Source: a virus
Lineage: Duplodnaviria > Caudoviricetes
Strand: one strand, 5' to 3'
Virus record (IMG/VR): IMGVR_UViG_3300031965_000020
Location: 3,529-67,528 of that record
DNA: 64,000 nt
Shown here: positions 10,201-18,609 of the stretch, piece after piece
How the letters are laid out: every line of letters begins with the position of its first letter
How positions within the stretch are numbered: the stretch's first letter is position 1
Notes under the pieces: model-generated
What the model saw: the letters and a program-made list of their open reading frames with translations, nothing else
Database searches by the model: none
What the model was told of the DNA's origin: nothing
Translations under genes and position numbers: made by a program

Positions 10201-11430
10201 GCGACTGCTCCCGGTGAAGGAGCCTTGAACGCCACCGACCGATGGCGCGGTCGCCGACGCGGGCGTGAGCGTGATTTGGTACGCCGAGGCCACAACGGGA
10301 TCGCCGACGAGCTTCGTCGTCGTGAAGTAGGCGCGGAAGGATGGGACGCCAGTAATCGTATCCGTGGCCGCGAAGGTGCCATTGGTGAAGCAGCGGAAGG
10401 ACTGGACGCCGTCCGGGCCGATGGCCACCGAGAGAATGCGAACTACTTCGACACCGCCGAGCAGGACGAGACAGTTCACCGGGAAGTCAACCGTCCGCGT
10501 CAACGTGACGCGCGTCGGGATGGGCTCGTTCAGGTCACGATAGCGGCGCTCGACTTCAAGCGGAAGGGCCGCTTCGATCTGCCCCACTGAGAAGGAGCCA
10601 GTCGGTTGGATGGTGCACAAGCCAGTGGTACCACTATCGTAGATAATCGCCGCGATGGTCGTCGGCGAGACGGGTGGCAGGATTTCGTGAACGATGACAG
10701 TCTCGGGCGCGGCCCCGACCTCGAGTGTCGCGCCCATCGTCACGTTCTCGAAGGAGACGAGCGAGACCGACGCCATGCCAGTGACGCCTGCATCGTAGAG
10801 CAGTTGCGTCACAGTGGTCGAGACGCGGCTGATGACCGGTGCGAGTGTCGGCGCAAGCGGGGTGACGTCGCCGCCGTACGTCGTCCAGAGGCCAGATGTC
10901 ACCGGTTCGAGGAAGGTCACTTCCGGGGCGGCTAGCGCGAGAGCTGGCGGGGTAATCGGCTGGGCGATCCCCCAAGGGTAATCGTTGAAGGAGGAGTTGA
11001 CCTTGCGGAGCCGGTCTGCGTCCGCGATGTACAGGAACGGACGCGGCGAGTTGACGGGCGAGGCCGCAACCGCCGTCATCGGGTTGCCGGAGTAAGCGGC
11101 TGGATCGACAAGTGAGTAGATGTCTGTGCCAGGCGTGCCACCGAAGAGGCCGGTTCCGGCTCCGACGAGGCGCCGGGCGTCCGCACCACCGGCGAACTCG
11201 GTCGTGTCGTTCAGGCGGAAGATGGAGTGCGGTGCGGCAGCGAAGGCAGCGTCGGTGAGCAGATCGAGGCCGTAGCGCGGCTCGACCGTGCCGTCTTGGT
11301 ACGTGCGCATGTTCCGGAGGAACGCAGCCGTGTTTTCGGCCAGCGCATCCTGTGGGAGCAGCGCGAAGCCCCGATAGAAAAACCGTTGTAAAGTGCGCTT
11401 GTAGTCTGGGGGAGATGGCGAGTTAGGCAT
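7258..11430 (-). CDS. Large tail protein (tail stabiliser/nozzle, P22 gp10/T7 gp12-like propeller) with central insertion
   Basis: 1390 aa following neck genes; propeller-like Trp/Phe-rich repeats; assignment by synteny and composition. Confidence 0.65.
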   Translation of the reverse strand: MPNSPSPPDYKRTLQRFFYRGFALLPQDALAENTAAFLRNMRTYQDGTVEPRYGLDLLTDAAFAAAPHSIFRLNDTTEFAGGADARRLVGAGTGLFGGTPGTDIYSLVDPAAYSGNPMTAVAASPVNSPRPFLYIADADRLRKVNSSFNDYPWGIAQPITPPALALAAPEVTFLEPVTSGLWTTYGGDVTPLAPTLAPVISRVSTTVTQLLYDAGVTGMASVSLVSFENVTMGATLEVGAAPETVIVHEILPPVSPTTIAAIIYDSGTTGLCTIQPTGSFSVGQIEAALPLEVERRYRDLNEPIPTRVTLTRTVDFPVNCLVLLGGVEVVRILSVAIGPDGVQSFRCFTNGTFAATDTITGVPSFRAYFTTTKLVGDPVVASAYQITLTPASATAPSVGGVQGSFTGSSRNWALVGTRAAQSADIIRFGLKVSKLGNVEMVRLVLDLSPIGPEFLRDYLFYEWRAADLVSAIQSTSEVATGLVSDAQQAAVERGATDELYSDQYGQQPLAGERYVIGSDGVRRVAPRSTGAVGKAISLTQIAADAPVNTGGGIVRQLALGNDAWMTLECRVGDLIRVGSDVTLTMGDMLNAAIYIQENGSVDPLTIEISDAYLIGGYGPDVGATLPPYTYRYSYRSTITGERSNPSPPARAGITPRRGRVLLDLAPSVDPQTDVIDIWRFGGALARWEYVGTTPNDAAASPFVNSFSDDMADAKIDGGERIRPNWFQPWPTSDLPRSGTCTVAGTAVTWVSGDLFDVRWAADSLIIINGVATQLYTSPTSATALSVVDNVGSGTAVPFSLPSPTLLAQPLPYVWGGTINGVWFHFACGDPANPGILHWTHGNDPDATSDRNTLVVSSASEPLLNGWIDDGIAYVFSTQQLYRILPTFGDPLTPFQVDATNCSKGLWSPWAFAPDPDGGAFFVTQEGVHHTAGGADAINVMGDLRPLFPQDGTEAQAIRSMNPVDFTQSTRLRLAIVGRYLYFDYLDILGDGCTLVYDRMLKGWISYDRYLETGDPLTPIGVTVRESEPGPQVYDHILGTEDGNLHQYTNEKITDALDSINWAIWTPWSHGDDPRAWKQWGDGILDFNPGGSVDGVQVTPVITNGNTALTPVIIGAGGTVRDTYIVELESGEGIYSRNCGFLIEGACQACDIQRPIFYLWETSWSWKQISTGRRATDWDDLGYKGAKFVQGVVLRANTFNQAKTLLVQYDGPNAAPQTAITLTISHNGERQIAYPLSSAGWTPFIAELVRLHTEDDTEWNLLDWRFVWEPAPELATQWETQYTTFGAPGFLDVHDGIVAYQSTADVNWFIEYQDGSSATYVLAASAGLYRRIRQITQAQKGKAVRFRWTSDEPFRLFKSDCAVRIQPWGFPGGYTTVNPFGGPHSVDGAGI

Positions 11431-11443
11431 ATACTATCCCCCC

Positions 11444-12013
11444 ATGAACTATGCGTATATCGCCGGATTCTTCGACGGAGAGGGTTGCATCTACAAAACG
11501 CCACGTGGTAGCTATACGATGCAGATGACACAGAGCGCCAAACAAGACGCTGTACTGCATCAAATCAGCGCGTTTTTGGCAGCAGATGGTGTAACGAATC
11601 AGATTACGCCAGCCCGTCAGTGCGGTCTGGGGCAGCCATCTCGCCACTTGAAAATCACCAAGTCTAGCTCGATGGAGCGCTGTCTCGCTCAGATGCTGCC
11701 CTACCTTATTGTAAAGCGGGACGCCGCACTTCCTGCACTGCTGTACGTGCAGCAAACGATAGTACGCCTGCACGCGCGCGACGTACGATCGGCCAAGTGG
11801 GTTCAAGAGTACACCGCAGGTGACTCTTGTCCAACGATCGCTCGGCGCTACGGTGTGACTGTACACGCTGTCAATAGTCTCCTGCACCGCCGAAACGTAA
11901 CTATGCGTGATCGTGATACAGCACGCCGACTTTTCAAGCCCAGCCCCGAATTCCTGGAAGCGCGCCGCGCAGACTTTCGCCGCGCGACCCTTGCACGTTG
12001 GGGGCATGACTGA
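11444..12013 (+). mobile_element. Free-standing LAGLIDADG homing endonuclease with C-terminal HTH
   Basis: YIAGFFDGEGCI motif, MLPYLIVKRD, HTH CPTIARRYGVTVHAV; antisense to the operon; lower GC than neighbours. Confidence 0.85.
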
Positions 12014-13366
12014 CTAATCCACCTCGACCGGCTGCAAGATCGCGTTTCTCTGCTCCTGTGAGACGCCACGACGATCCTGTGGCTGCTGGTTGAGCAGGGG
12101 TGCGCGCGAGGGCTGGGTCGCCTGTTGGATGCGGAGATCGACGTGAGCGGCTCGGCCAGCGCGTTCAAGCAGGGCGGTCGCCTGCTCGGCCTGCCCCGGC
12201 CCTTCCTTGAAGAGTGCGGCGCACTGCGCCAGATCGAGGATCGAATCGTAGACGTCCTGGGAGATTTGCAGGATGTCGCCTCCGGCGACCGGTACTGGCA
12301 CATTCCGCACCACGTCGAGCGTGAACGCCCACGGACCACCGCCTCCCGGTGGTGGCCAGGACGCGAGCAGGTTCCCGCCAGCGGTGAGCAAGTTGCGTGG
12401 TACGCCACCGAGCAACTGCCATGTCGGCGAGAAGCTGTCGGCATCGTTGAGGGCTGCGAGCGTCACCGGCTGATCGTCGATGCGAGCTGACAGGACGACT
12501 GACGTCTGGCGCGCTTGGGCGACGCCTTGCTGCCAGCGCTGCTCGCAGTAGGACGCGCGGCCGGGGTCGAGCGCGAGGCCATCGCCGTTGAGGAGATCGG
12601 CCAGTGCGCCGTATTTGATGACCCAGCACCAGTCATCCGGTATCCCAAGGACAGCGCTGACCAATGGATCGACAGCGGCTCCGGCGTTGATCGACGTGAG
12701 ATCGAGCGTGCCGGGCTGGGTCGCGCCTGCGCACATGAGCTGGAGCGTGAGCGGTGGAGTGACCGATACGCTATAGGCGAATGGACTAGCCGTACACGCC
12801 GTCCATGCGGGGCCAAAATTGGTTCCGGCCCATTCGTCGGTGCGCGTCAGCGGGATGAGCAGGCCGGTCGCGGAGGGACGCCACGCAGCACGGCGGACTT
12901 GGAGGACGTCTTCGGGCAGATCGATGCGGCCGTCGGACGCTGGCGCGGCGTAGACGATTTCCTGTCGCGTGACGACTTGGCCGGTTTCGCGCAGGAACTG
13001 GTCGCGACGGCGCTGAATGGCAGTTGAGAGTTGTGTCAGCGTGAACTGATCGGTGCCCGTCCAGGTGCCACCTGCGGCGGCAGGCTCCAGCAGCGCGTAC
13101 TGCAGCTCAGCAACCAGATCCCAGTTGGTAACCGAATACGCGCGCAGGGTAGGAATCTCGGTGGGCAGGTCGTAGAACGCCTGCAGCATGGTCGTCGAGA
13201 AGCCAGCCTGGTCCCGGAAGTGGCTGGTAAAGCTGTTCCATGTGCGTAATGCTTCGCGGATGTAGATGGTCAGCTCAGCTGACACGTAGCGCACCATGCC
13301 GGGGTCGTTCAGCCGGTTGGCCAACGCGGCTTGAGCGGCGGTCAGATCGGGCGCGGTGTACGGCAC
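12014..13366 (-). CDS. Head-tail adaptor / tail tubular protein-like
   Basis: 450 aa; N-terminal helical pattern (ELTIYIREALRTWN) typical of podophage neck proteins; synteny. Confidence 0.6.
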   Translation of the reverse strand: MPYTAPDLTAAQAALANRLNDPGMVRYVSAELTIYIREALRTWNSFTSHFRDQAGFSTTMLQAFYDLPTEIPTLRAYSVTNWDLVAELQYALLEPAAAGGTWTGTDQFTLTQLSTAIQRRRDQFLRETGQVVTRQEIVYAAPASDGRIDLPEDVLQVRRAAWRPSATGLLIPLTRTDEWAGTNFGPAWTACTASPFAYSVSVTPPLTLQLMCAGATQPGTLDLTSINAGAAVDPLVSAVLGIPDDWCWVIKYGALADLLNGDGLALDPGRASYCEQRWQQGVAQARQTSVVLSARIDDQPVTLAALNDADSFSPTWQLLGGVPRNLLTAGGNLLASWPPPGGGGPWAFTLDVVRNVPVPVAGGDILQISQDVYDSILDLAQCAALFKEGPGQAEQATALLERAGRAAHVDLRIQQATQPSRAPLLNQQPQDRRGVSQEQRNAILQPVEVD

Positions 13367-13378
13367 AGCGCCCCTATT

Positions 13379-14029
13379 CTACTGCGATGCGGTGCGCACG
13401 ACCCATGCACCGATACCGCCCCATTCTGCGTGGACAGAGAAGACCTGTTTGTCTGGGACTGACAGGTCAGCCCAGTACTGCGGCACGTCCACCCGGTCCA
13501 CGAGACAGCGCGCAGGCGCGCAGGTGACATCATGCAAGGCGACGACGCCGCCGGGGCGCACGAGCGGCGCGTAGGCTTCGACGTCCTGCTGCACGCCGGA
13601 ATACGTGTGATCGCCATCGATGAAGAGGAGATCGATAGGCGAGGAACCGAGATGTTCGCGGAGTTGGGCGACAGTCGCTGGATCGTGTGAGTCGCCGCGA
13701 ATGCTACGTAGATGAGGGAATCGCTGCGCGAAGTCATCATCACGCGCCGTCATCGCAGCGAGGGAGAGACCACCACCGAAGCCGTCCGGCAGGTCGATGG
13801 TTACGAAGCGATGAGTGGCGAGCCGTCCCCAGAGTTCCATCGTACCGCCACGATGCGTGCCGATTTCGACGATGGTGCCAAAGGCGAGCGGCGGGTCGAT
13901 TTGCTGCGTCCAGTCGAGGAACATCGATAGCTCATCCTGGTGCTGCAGAGGCTTGGCCGCCATGCAGGCGGTGATGGCCTCTGCAAACGGGGGTGGGATG
14001 GGCAGGAGCGGTGGCTGACGCTGAGCCAT
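13379..14029 (-). CDS. Class I SAM-dependent methyltransferase (Methyltransf_24-like)
   Basis: IVEIGTHRGGT, IDLLFIDGDHTYSGVQQD, GGVVALHD motifs. Confidence 0.9.
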   Translation of the reverse strand: MAQRQPPLLPIPPPFAEAITACMAAKPLQHQDELSMFLDWTQQIDPPLAFGTIVEIGTHRGGTMELWGRLATHRFVTIDLPDGFGGGLSLAAMTARDDDFAQRFPHLRSIRGDSHDPATVAQLREHLGSSPIDLLFIDGDHTYSGVQQDVEAYAPLVRPGGVVALHDVTCAPARCLVDRVDVPQYWADLSVPDKQVFSVHAEWGGIGAWVVRTASQ

Positions 14030-14050
14030 TTGCGGGTACGGCTATCGCCG

Positions 14051-14326
14051 CTATACCCGCTGATCCCGGTTGTGTGGATCGGTCAGGATCGTCCCGAGAT
14101 CGTCGCGCGTGGAACGACCGGCCGAGCGTCCTGGCCCCCGCATCGAATCGTCGTAGAGAGTCGTCGGCAAGCCGTTGTCGCCGCCTGTGCGCGGCGCGTT
14201 GAACGGCCCTTTCATGGTGTCCTGCGAGCCCTTGTTGGTGCCCTTGCTGAAGGGGGAGTTCATCGGCGTGCGGACGCCGTGCTTGTCCGAAGTGCCGGGG
14301 CCGCCGCCGCGATTGGTTGATGCCAT
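14051..14326 (-). CDS. Gly/Ser/Thr-rich hypothetical protein
   Basis: 91 aa; AGGAG SD; fills the gap in the operon. Confidence 0.6.
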   Translation of the reverse strand: MASTNRGGGPGTSDKHGVRTPMNSPFSKGTNKGSQDTMKGPFNAPRTGGDNGLPTTLYDDSMRGPGRSAGRSTRDDLGTILTDPHNRDQRV

Positions 14327-14339
14327 ATGAGAGGCTCCT

Positions 14340-15413
14340 TTAGAAGCGGATGTGATGGGACTGGAGGAAGTTGCTGTCTATCGGATACGGCCCTTCCTGA
14401 TACCGCCCGAATGGTACACGCGTTCGCAGGCCATGTCCAAGATTTGACACGTCCTGCAGCTGCGTCTCGTTGTCGGCCCGCTTGGCATCGAGAAGCTCGG
14501 TACGATACTCGTTGCGCGCCGCCGTGATCAGCATCGGCCAGTTGGCGTTCTTGAACTGCGGGAAGTTCGCCACGTTGGCCATTGCGAATGGGTAGATGTA
14601 GGCGTACAGCGCGCACTGGATGACCATCGCGTCCGAGATGGTCGGTGGCTGCGTGTCGGTGACCGCGACTAAGGTCTCGCCCCGGCGCCGGATGCGGCAG
14701 AAGAAATTCTGCCCTGTGGTCGGATGCGGCCAGAGTTCATAGATCGGCGTACCCGCGTCGACAGTCGCGTTCGGTGTCGTCAGGCCGGTGACCGGATCGG
14801 CGATGCGATTACCGCCCCACGCGCCGAGGTTGTAGGCAAGCCCTTGGGAGGATCGCTGCGGATCGACGACGTCGAACTCAGCCGATGAACGCGTGAGTCG
14901 ATTCCCTTTCATCGTGATGGCGTTGGCCGGGTCGACAATCGTCTCCCACCGCAGGAAGTCGTCCATCGGTGGGATGACGTAGCAGCGATAGATCTGATAG
15001 GTCGACGTCGCGTTGGTCGATTCTTGTACGGGCTGACTGAGCGTCAGAATGATGGCGGCGGGGTTGGTCACGTCGACATCGAGAATCGAGTACACCGGTC
15101 CGGCGGTCGGCGATGGACCACCGAAGCGAATCTGCAGATTGAGGATACCCGGTGTCGCGCCGACCAGCGTCTGCGCCAGGATCGCGGCTGAGGCGGTCGC
15201 ATCAAGCGTGACACTAGTGTTGTACTGCGTCAGCGCGATGGTGCCGCTGGTGATCTGCGCCGGGCAGTTGATCACGCCGTCAGTCGTGAGGAACGACCAG
15301 AGCCGCTCGCCGTAGATTTTCTGCAGTGCGCGGTTGACGTAGGTGCTCGCCAAGATAGGCGACAGCCCCGGCACGGTGCCTGTCAGCTCCGACACGAGAT
15401 CCAGAAAAGCCAT
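14340..15413 (-). CDS. Head-tail connector/neck protein
   Basis: MAFLDLVSEL...STYVNRALQKIYGERLWSFL pattern of neck adaptors; 357 aa. Confidence 0.65.
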   Translation of the reverse strand: MAFLDLVSELTGTVPGLSPILASTYVNRALQKIYGERLWSFLTTDGVINCPAQITSGTIALTQYNTSVTLDATASAAILAQTLVGATPGILNLQIRFGGPSPTAGPVYSILDVDVTNPAAIILTLSQPVQESTNATSTYQIYRCYVIPPMDDFLRWETIVDPANAITMKGNRLTRSSAEFDVVDPQRSSQGLAYNLGAWGGNRIADPVTGLTTPNATVDAGTPIYELWPHPTTGQNFFCRIRRRGETLVAVTDTQPPTISDAMVIQCALYAYIYPFAMANVANFPQFKNANWPMLITAARNEYRTELLDAKRADNETQLQDVSNLGHGLRTRVPFGRYQEGPYPIDSNFLQSHHIRF

Positions 15414-16256
15414 CTAGCCGTACACCTTGCTGAATGATACCGGAGATTGCGCTACTGGCGGAGGGCGCTGGTCCTGCCGCCATGTACGGACGACTGTCTG
15501 CGCGACGTACGCCGGGTCGAGATGCGCCCACGCGCGTCGGCAATGATCGCAGGGCTTGAGCGAGCCGCAGGGTGTTTCTGGCTGGTCGTCGACAAGATTC
15601 ACCTGCTCGGGGAAGGATAAAACGGGCGCTGAGATGCACCCGCCCCAGAGCACGACGGCTGGCGTGGAGAGCGCCGCGCAGGCGAAGGCCAGCCCTCCTT
15701 CGAGGACAAGTGCCAGTCGGGCAGCCGCGAGGATGCCGCACGCATCACGAAAGGTCGGCGAGGGAATTGTCGAAATCCCCGGTAGTCGTGTCGCATCGTC
15801 ATGGTCGAGTTGCAGGATCGTGATGAGGGATCTGCGCTGGATCTCACTGATGCAGGCGCCCCAGGATGCAATCGGCCATTGGCGATTGACGTTCTTACGG
15901 TCCCCTGGGGACGGTTCGACGATGAGATAGGGTCCGTAGCGCCGGAAGACGTCCAGGCCGCGCTGGCGCTCCGCGTCGGTGAGATAGATATGCGCGCGGT
16001 AGTCCTTGGCCCGGAAGGTTGGCGAGAAATCGAGCTTGTCGTGCTGCCGGGGGTAGACGAGGTAGGGGAGACAGCCTGCGCCACAGGGGACGCGCGGACC
16101 TTTTGCTGTGACCCCGATGGCCGGGTTGCCGTGCCATAGGGGCTGCCACCGCGGAGTGCCCTGGCAATCCGTGATGGTCACGGGACCGTCGGCGGGCGAC
16201 TGAGCATGGAGATGTTCTGCCAGCCCAGCCGCCATCAAAATGTCGCCGAAGCCCAC
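15414..16256 (-). CDS. GT9 (heptosyltransferase-like) glycosyltransferase, copy 1
   Basis: GTG start after GAGG giving MGFGDILMAAG; KNVNRQWP, EGGLAFACAALSTPAVVLWG GT-B motifs. Confidence 0.85.
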   Translation of the reverse strand: MGFGDILMAAGLAEHLHAQSPADGPVTITDCQGTPRWQPLWHGNPAIGVTAKGPRVPCGAGCLPYLVYPRQHDKLDFSPTFRAKDYRAHIYLTDAERQRGLDVFRRYGPYLIVEPSPGDRKNVNRQWPIASWGACISEIQRRSLITILQLDHDDATRLPGISTIPSPTFRDACGILAAARLALVLEGGLAFACAALSTPAVVLWGGCISAPVLSFPEQVNLVDDQPETPCGSLKPCDHCRRAWAHLDPAYVAQTVVRTWRQDQRPPPVAQSPVSFSKVYG

Positions 16257-16270
16257 ACTGGCCTCGTCGA

Positions 16271-16639
16271 CTACTTCGGCCCGATCGCGAGGATCCGCAC
16301 GATCTCCGATGAGAGATCGACTTCCGCCTCCACCTCCGCGGCGGTTGAGACCACTTCCCAACGCAGGGTGTACCACGCCGCGGTGCCCTTCGGCCCGATC
16401 GCCGACTGCTCCCCAGGAATGCACTCCACGCGATTGAGGGCGGTATCCGTGAGATTGGCCGTGAGGAAGTCGAAGTACTTCATCCCGAAGTCGCGCGGGT
16501 AGATCGTCTGGCCGCCGGTAGCAACGGCCGGTGCCGTGCCCGCGACGACCTGGACGTAGGCCTCCGGGCCAGCAATGCCGTTGACTGAAGCGAGCGACGA
16601 TCCGAACGGTGTCGGGTAGCCATCTAAGGTTCTAGCCAT
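16271..16639 (-). CDS. Small virion structural protein (decoration-like)
   Basis: 122 aa, beta-rich; AAGGAG SD; downstream of capsid genes. Confidence 0.6.
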   Translation of the reverse strand: MARTLDGYPTPFGSSLASVNGIAGPEAYVQVVAGTAPAVATGGQTIYPRDFGMKYFDFLTANLTDTALNRVECIPGEQSAIGPKGTAAWYTLRWEVVSTAAEVEAEVDLSSEIVRILAIGPK

Positions 16640-16667
16640 GTGAATATGCTCCTTTACTGGCTAGGCC

Positions 16668-17315
16668 CTATTGCCCCGGCAGGATGTTGTGGAAGCCGAG
16701 GAAGATCGTGTCCAGGGCGCTCGCGGCCGGTGCCGTGATCGCGTTGCCCAGATAGCGCGCGCTGGCGATGGACGTCGAGTCAGTCGTGAGCACGTCGGCC
16801 GTGCCCTGATCGTCGCCCGTGTCACCAGCCGCCGCCGCGTAGACGCGCGAGCCGATGGCGCCTGCGGCGGTGAGCACCGAGCGGAATCGCACATCGACCA
16901 TGCCGAGATCCTGGATCCAGCCGTAGTTGCCGGGCGTGAACCCTCCGATGTAGACACCCGCAATCATGATCGCGTTGTCGGCCGAGGAGAGATTCTCGTC
17001 GCGGGTGACCTGGTACTTCGCCTGCCAATCGGTGATCGTCGTGTCCCAGAAGACGAGCTTGCCGGGGGTGATGGCCGGCGAGTCGTCATCGGTCGCACGC
17101 AGACGCACGTAGCGGAAGCGGCCGGGGTACAGCGTGCCGACCGTCGTATCCGTCATCTGGCCGATCAGGTTTGGCCCCATCCAGAGGATCGCGCCAAGCT
17201 GGCCCTTGTACTTCGAGTTGCCGGAGGCACCAGTGCCGCCGCCGCCGATGACAGTGTCGTTGGTGTTGTTGAGCTGGCGCGTGACGCGCGCGATTGGCGA
17301 TTCCCATGAGGACAT
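16668..17315 (-). CDS. Capsid decoration/cement protein (putative)
   Basis: 215 aa directly after MCP; AGGAG SD; GNYGWIQ motif common in cement proteins. Confidence 0.6.
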   Translation of the reverse strand: MSSWESPIARVTRQLNNTNDTVIGGGGTGASGNSKYKGQLGAILWMGPNLIGQMTDTTVGTLYPGRFRYVRLRATDDDSPAITPGKLVFWDTTITDWQAKYQVTRDENLSSADNAIMIAGVYIGGFTPGNYGWIQDLGMVDVRFRSVLTAAGAIGSRVYAAAAGDTGDDQGTADVLTTDSTSIASARYLGNAITAPAASALDTIFLGFHNILPGQ

Positions 17316-17331
17316 TGGCGACTCCTACGAT

Positions 17332-17380
17332 GTGCCGCTCTACACGGCACGAACGAGCACTGGCTCTACACCAGTGCTCG
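17332..17380 (-). promoter_or_regulatory. Two tandem RNA hairpins with identical UGUAGAG loop
   Basis: GTGCCG-CTCTACA-CGGCAC (17332-17350) and CGAGCACTGG-CTCTACA-CCAGTGCTCG (17354-17380). Confidence 0.7.
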
Positions 17381-17428
17381 GATTGAGATGACTCCTCGCG
17401 ACAGGCAGCTACGCGGCGACAGCCGCAA

Positions 17429-18559
17429 CTAACCGCCGATCCCGTAGAATTGCTTCTGCGTTCTCGGCGACAAGCACTGCATGTTGACCATCGCCTTGAT
17501 CTGGCCGACCACGCGCGTGTTGTCCTGCGCCGGGACGAATCCGCTGAAGCCGAAGCCGAATTCCTCGTTGTCGGTCACACGGAACAGCCAGTCGAACGTG
17601 TTGAAGAAGCAGAAGACTTCGCCGACCGTGCAGGTCGTACCAGCAGTGGGGAGCCCCGATGCGGCGGTGACCGTCGCAGGCGACACGAAGGTCGATGTCA
17701 GGAAGTTGCCGAGCACGATATCGTTCTGGCCGTACTTGAGCGACGGGAAATAGTCGTCCTTCAGGATCATCGCGTTGTTGAGCCGGAAGCCCATCACGCC
17801 CCAGACCGGGTCGCGCTCCTGTTGGAAGCGCTGCTGCACGACCATTTTTTCCTTGATGAACGCGATGACGGCCTTATTGCCGACGCCGAGGTTCGGCTCC
17901 TTCTTGCCGATGGAGGCGTCCTGGTAGCCTTCTTCGAGGAGCGAGTAGGAGATCACGCCCGCCGCGCCGGTTGACGTGCCGCACCACTGCGGGGTCGAGT
18001 TGAGCGCCGCGCCGATGGCGTTGTTGCGCGTCTGCTGGCCGTAGGCCGTGTAGACGTTGCCGTCGTAGGACGGGTTCAAGCCGTCGCTGATGGCTTCGGG
18101 CCAGCCGTTGATGGCCAGCGAACGGTCAGCGCCGCCGGAGGCCGTGAGATCCTGCCCGTTCTGGTTGGACGCGACGGCCACGATCGCGTTGATCGTATCG
18201 ACGCCGTTCTGCATGTCCGCGTCGAGGAGCGAGGCGACGGCCTCTGGGCCTTTGTTCTCGACCTGGATCTCTTCCTTGTACTCGGGGATCGACACGTAGC
18301 AGTACCGCGTGTCGAACTGCATGGCGGTGATCGTCTGGCGCTTCGTGATGTTGAAGCTGGAGCCAGGCGCGTAGAAGCCGCCGAGCATCGACGCGTAGCG
18401 GATGGGCGACTGCATGTACGTGCCGCCCTGGAAGGGGACGAGACAGTGGTCCCGCCAGTAGGCGAGCAGTGGGGTTGCGAGGAAGAAGTTGTCCTCGACG
18501 GTGCGCGGGTAGATCTCGAATTGGGTGACGCTGTTCAGTTCGGCGACATTCGGGTCCAT
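17429..18559 (-). CDS. Major capsid protein (HK97 fold, SU10-like)
   Basis: 376 aa after scaffold; GGTYMQSPIRY, ENKGPEAVASLL, MGFRLNNAMILKDDY patterns. Confidence 0.85.
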   Translation of the reverse strand: MDPNVAELNSVTQFEIYPRTVEDNFFLATPLLAYWRDHCLVPFQGGTYMQSPIRYASMLGGFYAPGSSFNITKRQTITAMQFDTRYCYVSIPEYKEEIQVENKGPEAVASLLDADMQNGVDTINAIVAVASNQNGQDLTASGGADRSLAINGWPEAISDGLNPSYDGNVYTAYGQQTRNNAIGAALNSTPQWCGTSTGAAGVISYSLLEEGYQDASIGKKEPNLGVGNKAVIAFIKEKMVVQQRFQQERDPVWGVMGFRLNNAMILKDDYFPSLKYGQNDIVLGNFLTSTFVSPATVTAASGLPTAGTTCTVGEVFCFFNTFDWLFRVTDNEEFGFGFSGFVPAQDNTRVVGQIKAMVNMQCLSPRTQKQFYGIGG

Positions 18560-18609
18560 AAGTCCTCTATTCTCAATGAGTTACAGACCCGACACACGCC
18601 GGGTCAACG

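Noticed and set aside
15414-16424. Track N-terminal extensions of several genes (16424, 55299, 62126, 62976, 22933, 7393)
   Set aside because: They overlap upstream genes in shadow frames; SD or coupled starts and motif positions support shorter starts
17332-17380. Intrinsic terminator after MCP
   Set aside because: Neither stem is followed by a U-tract on the coding strand; reinterpreted as a regulatory RNA element
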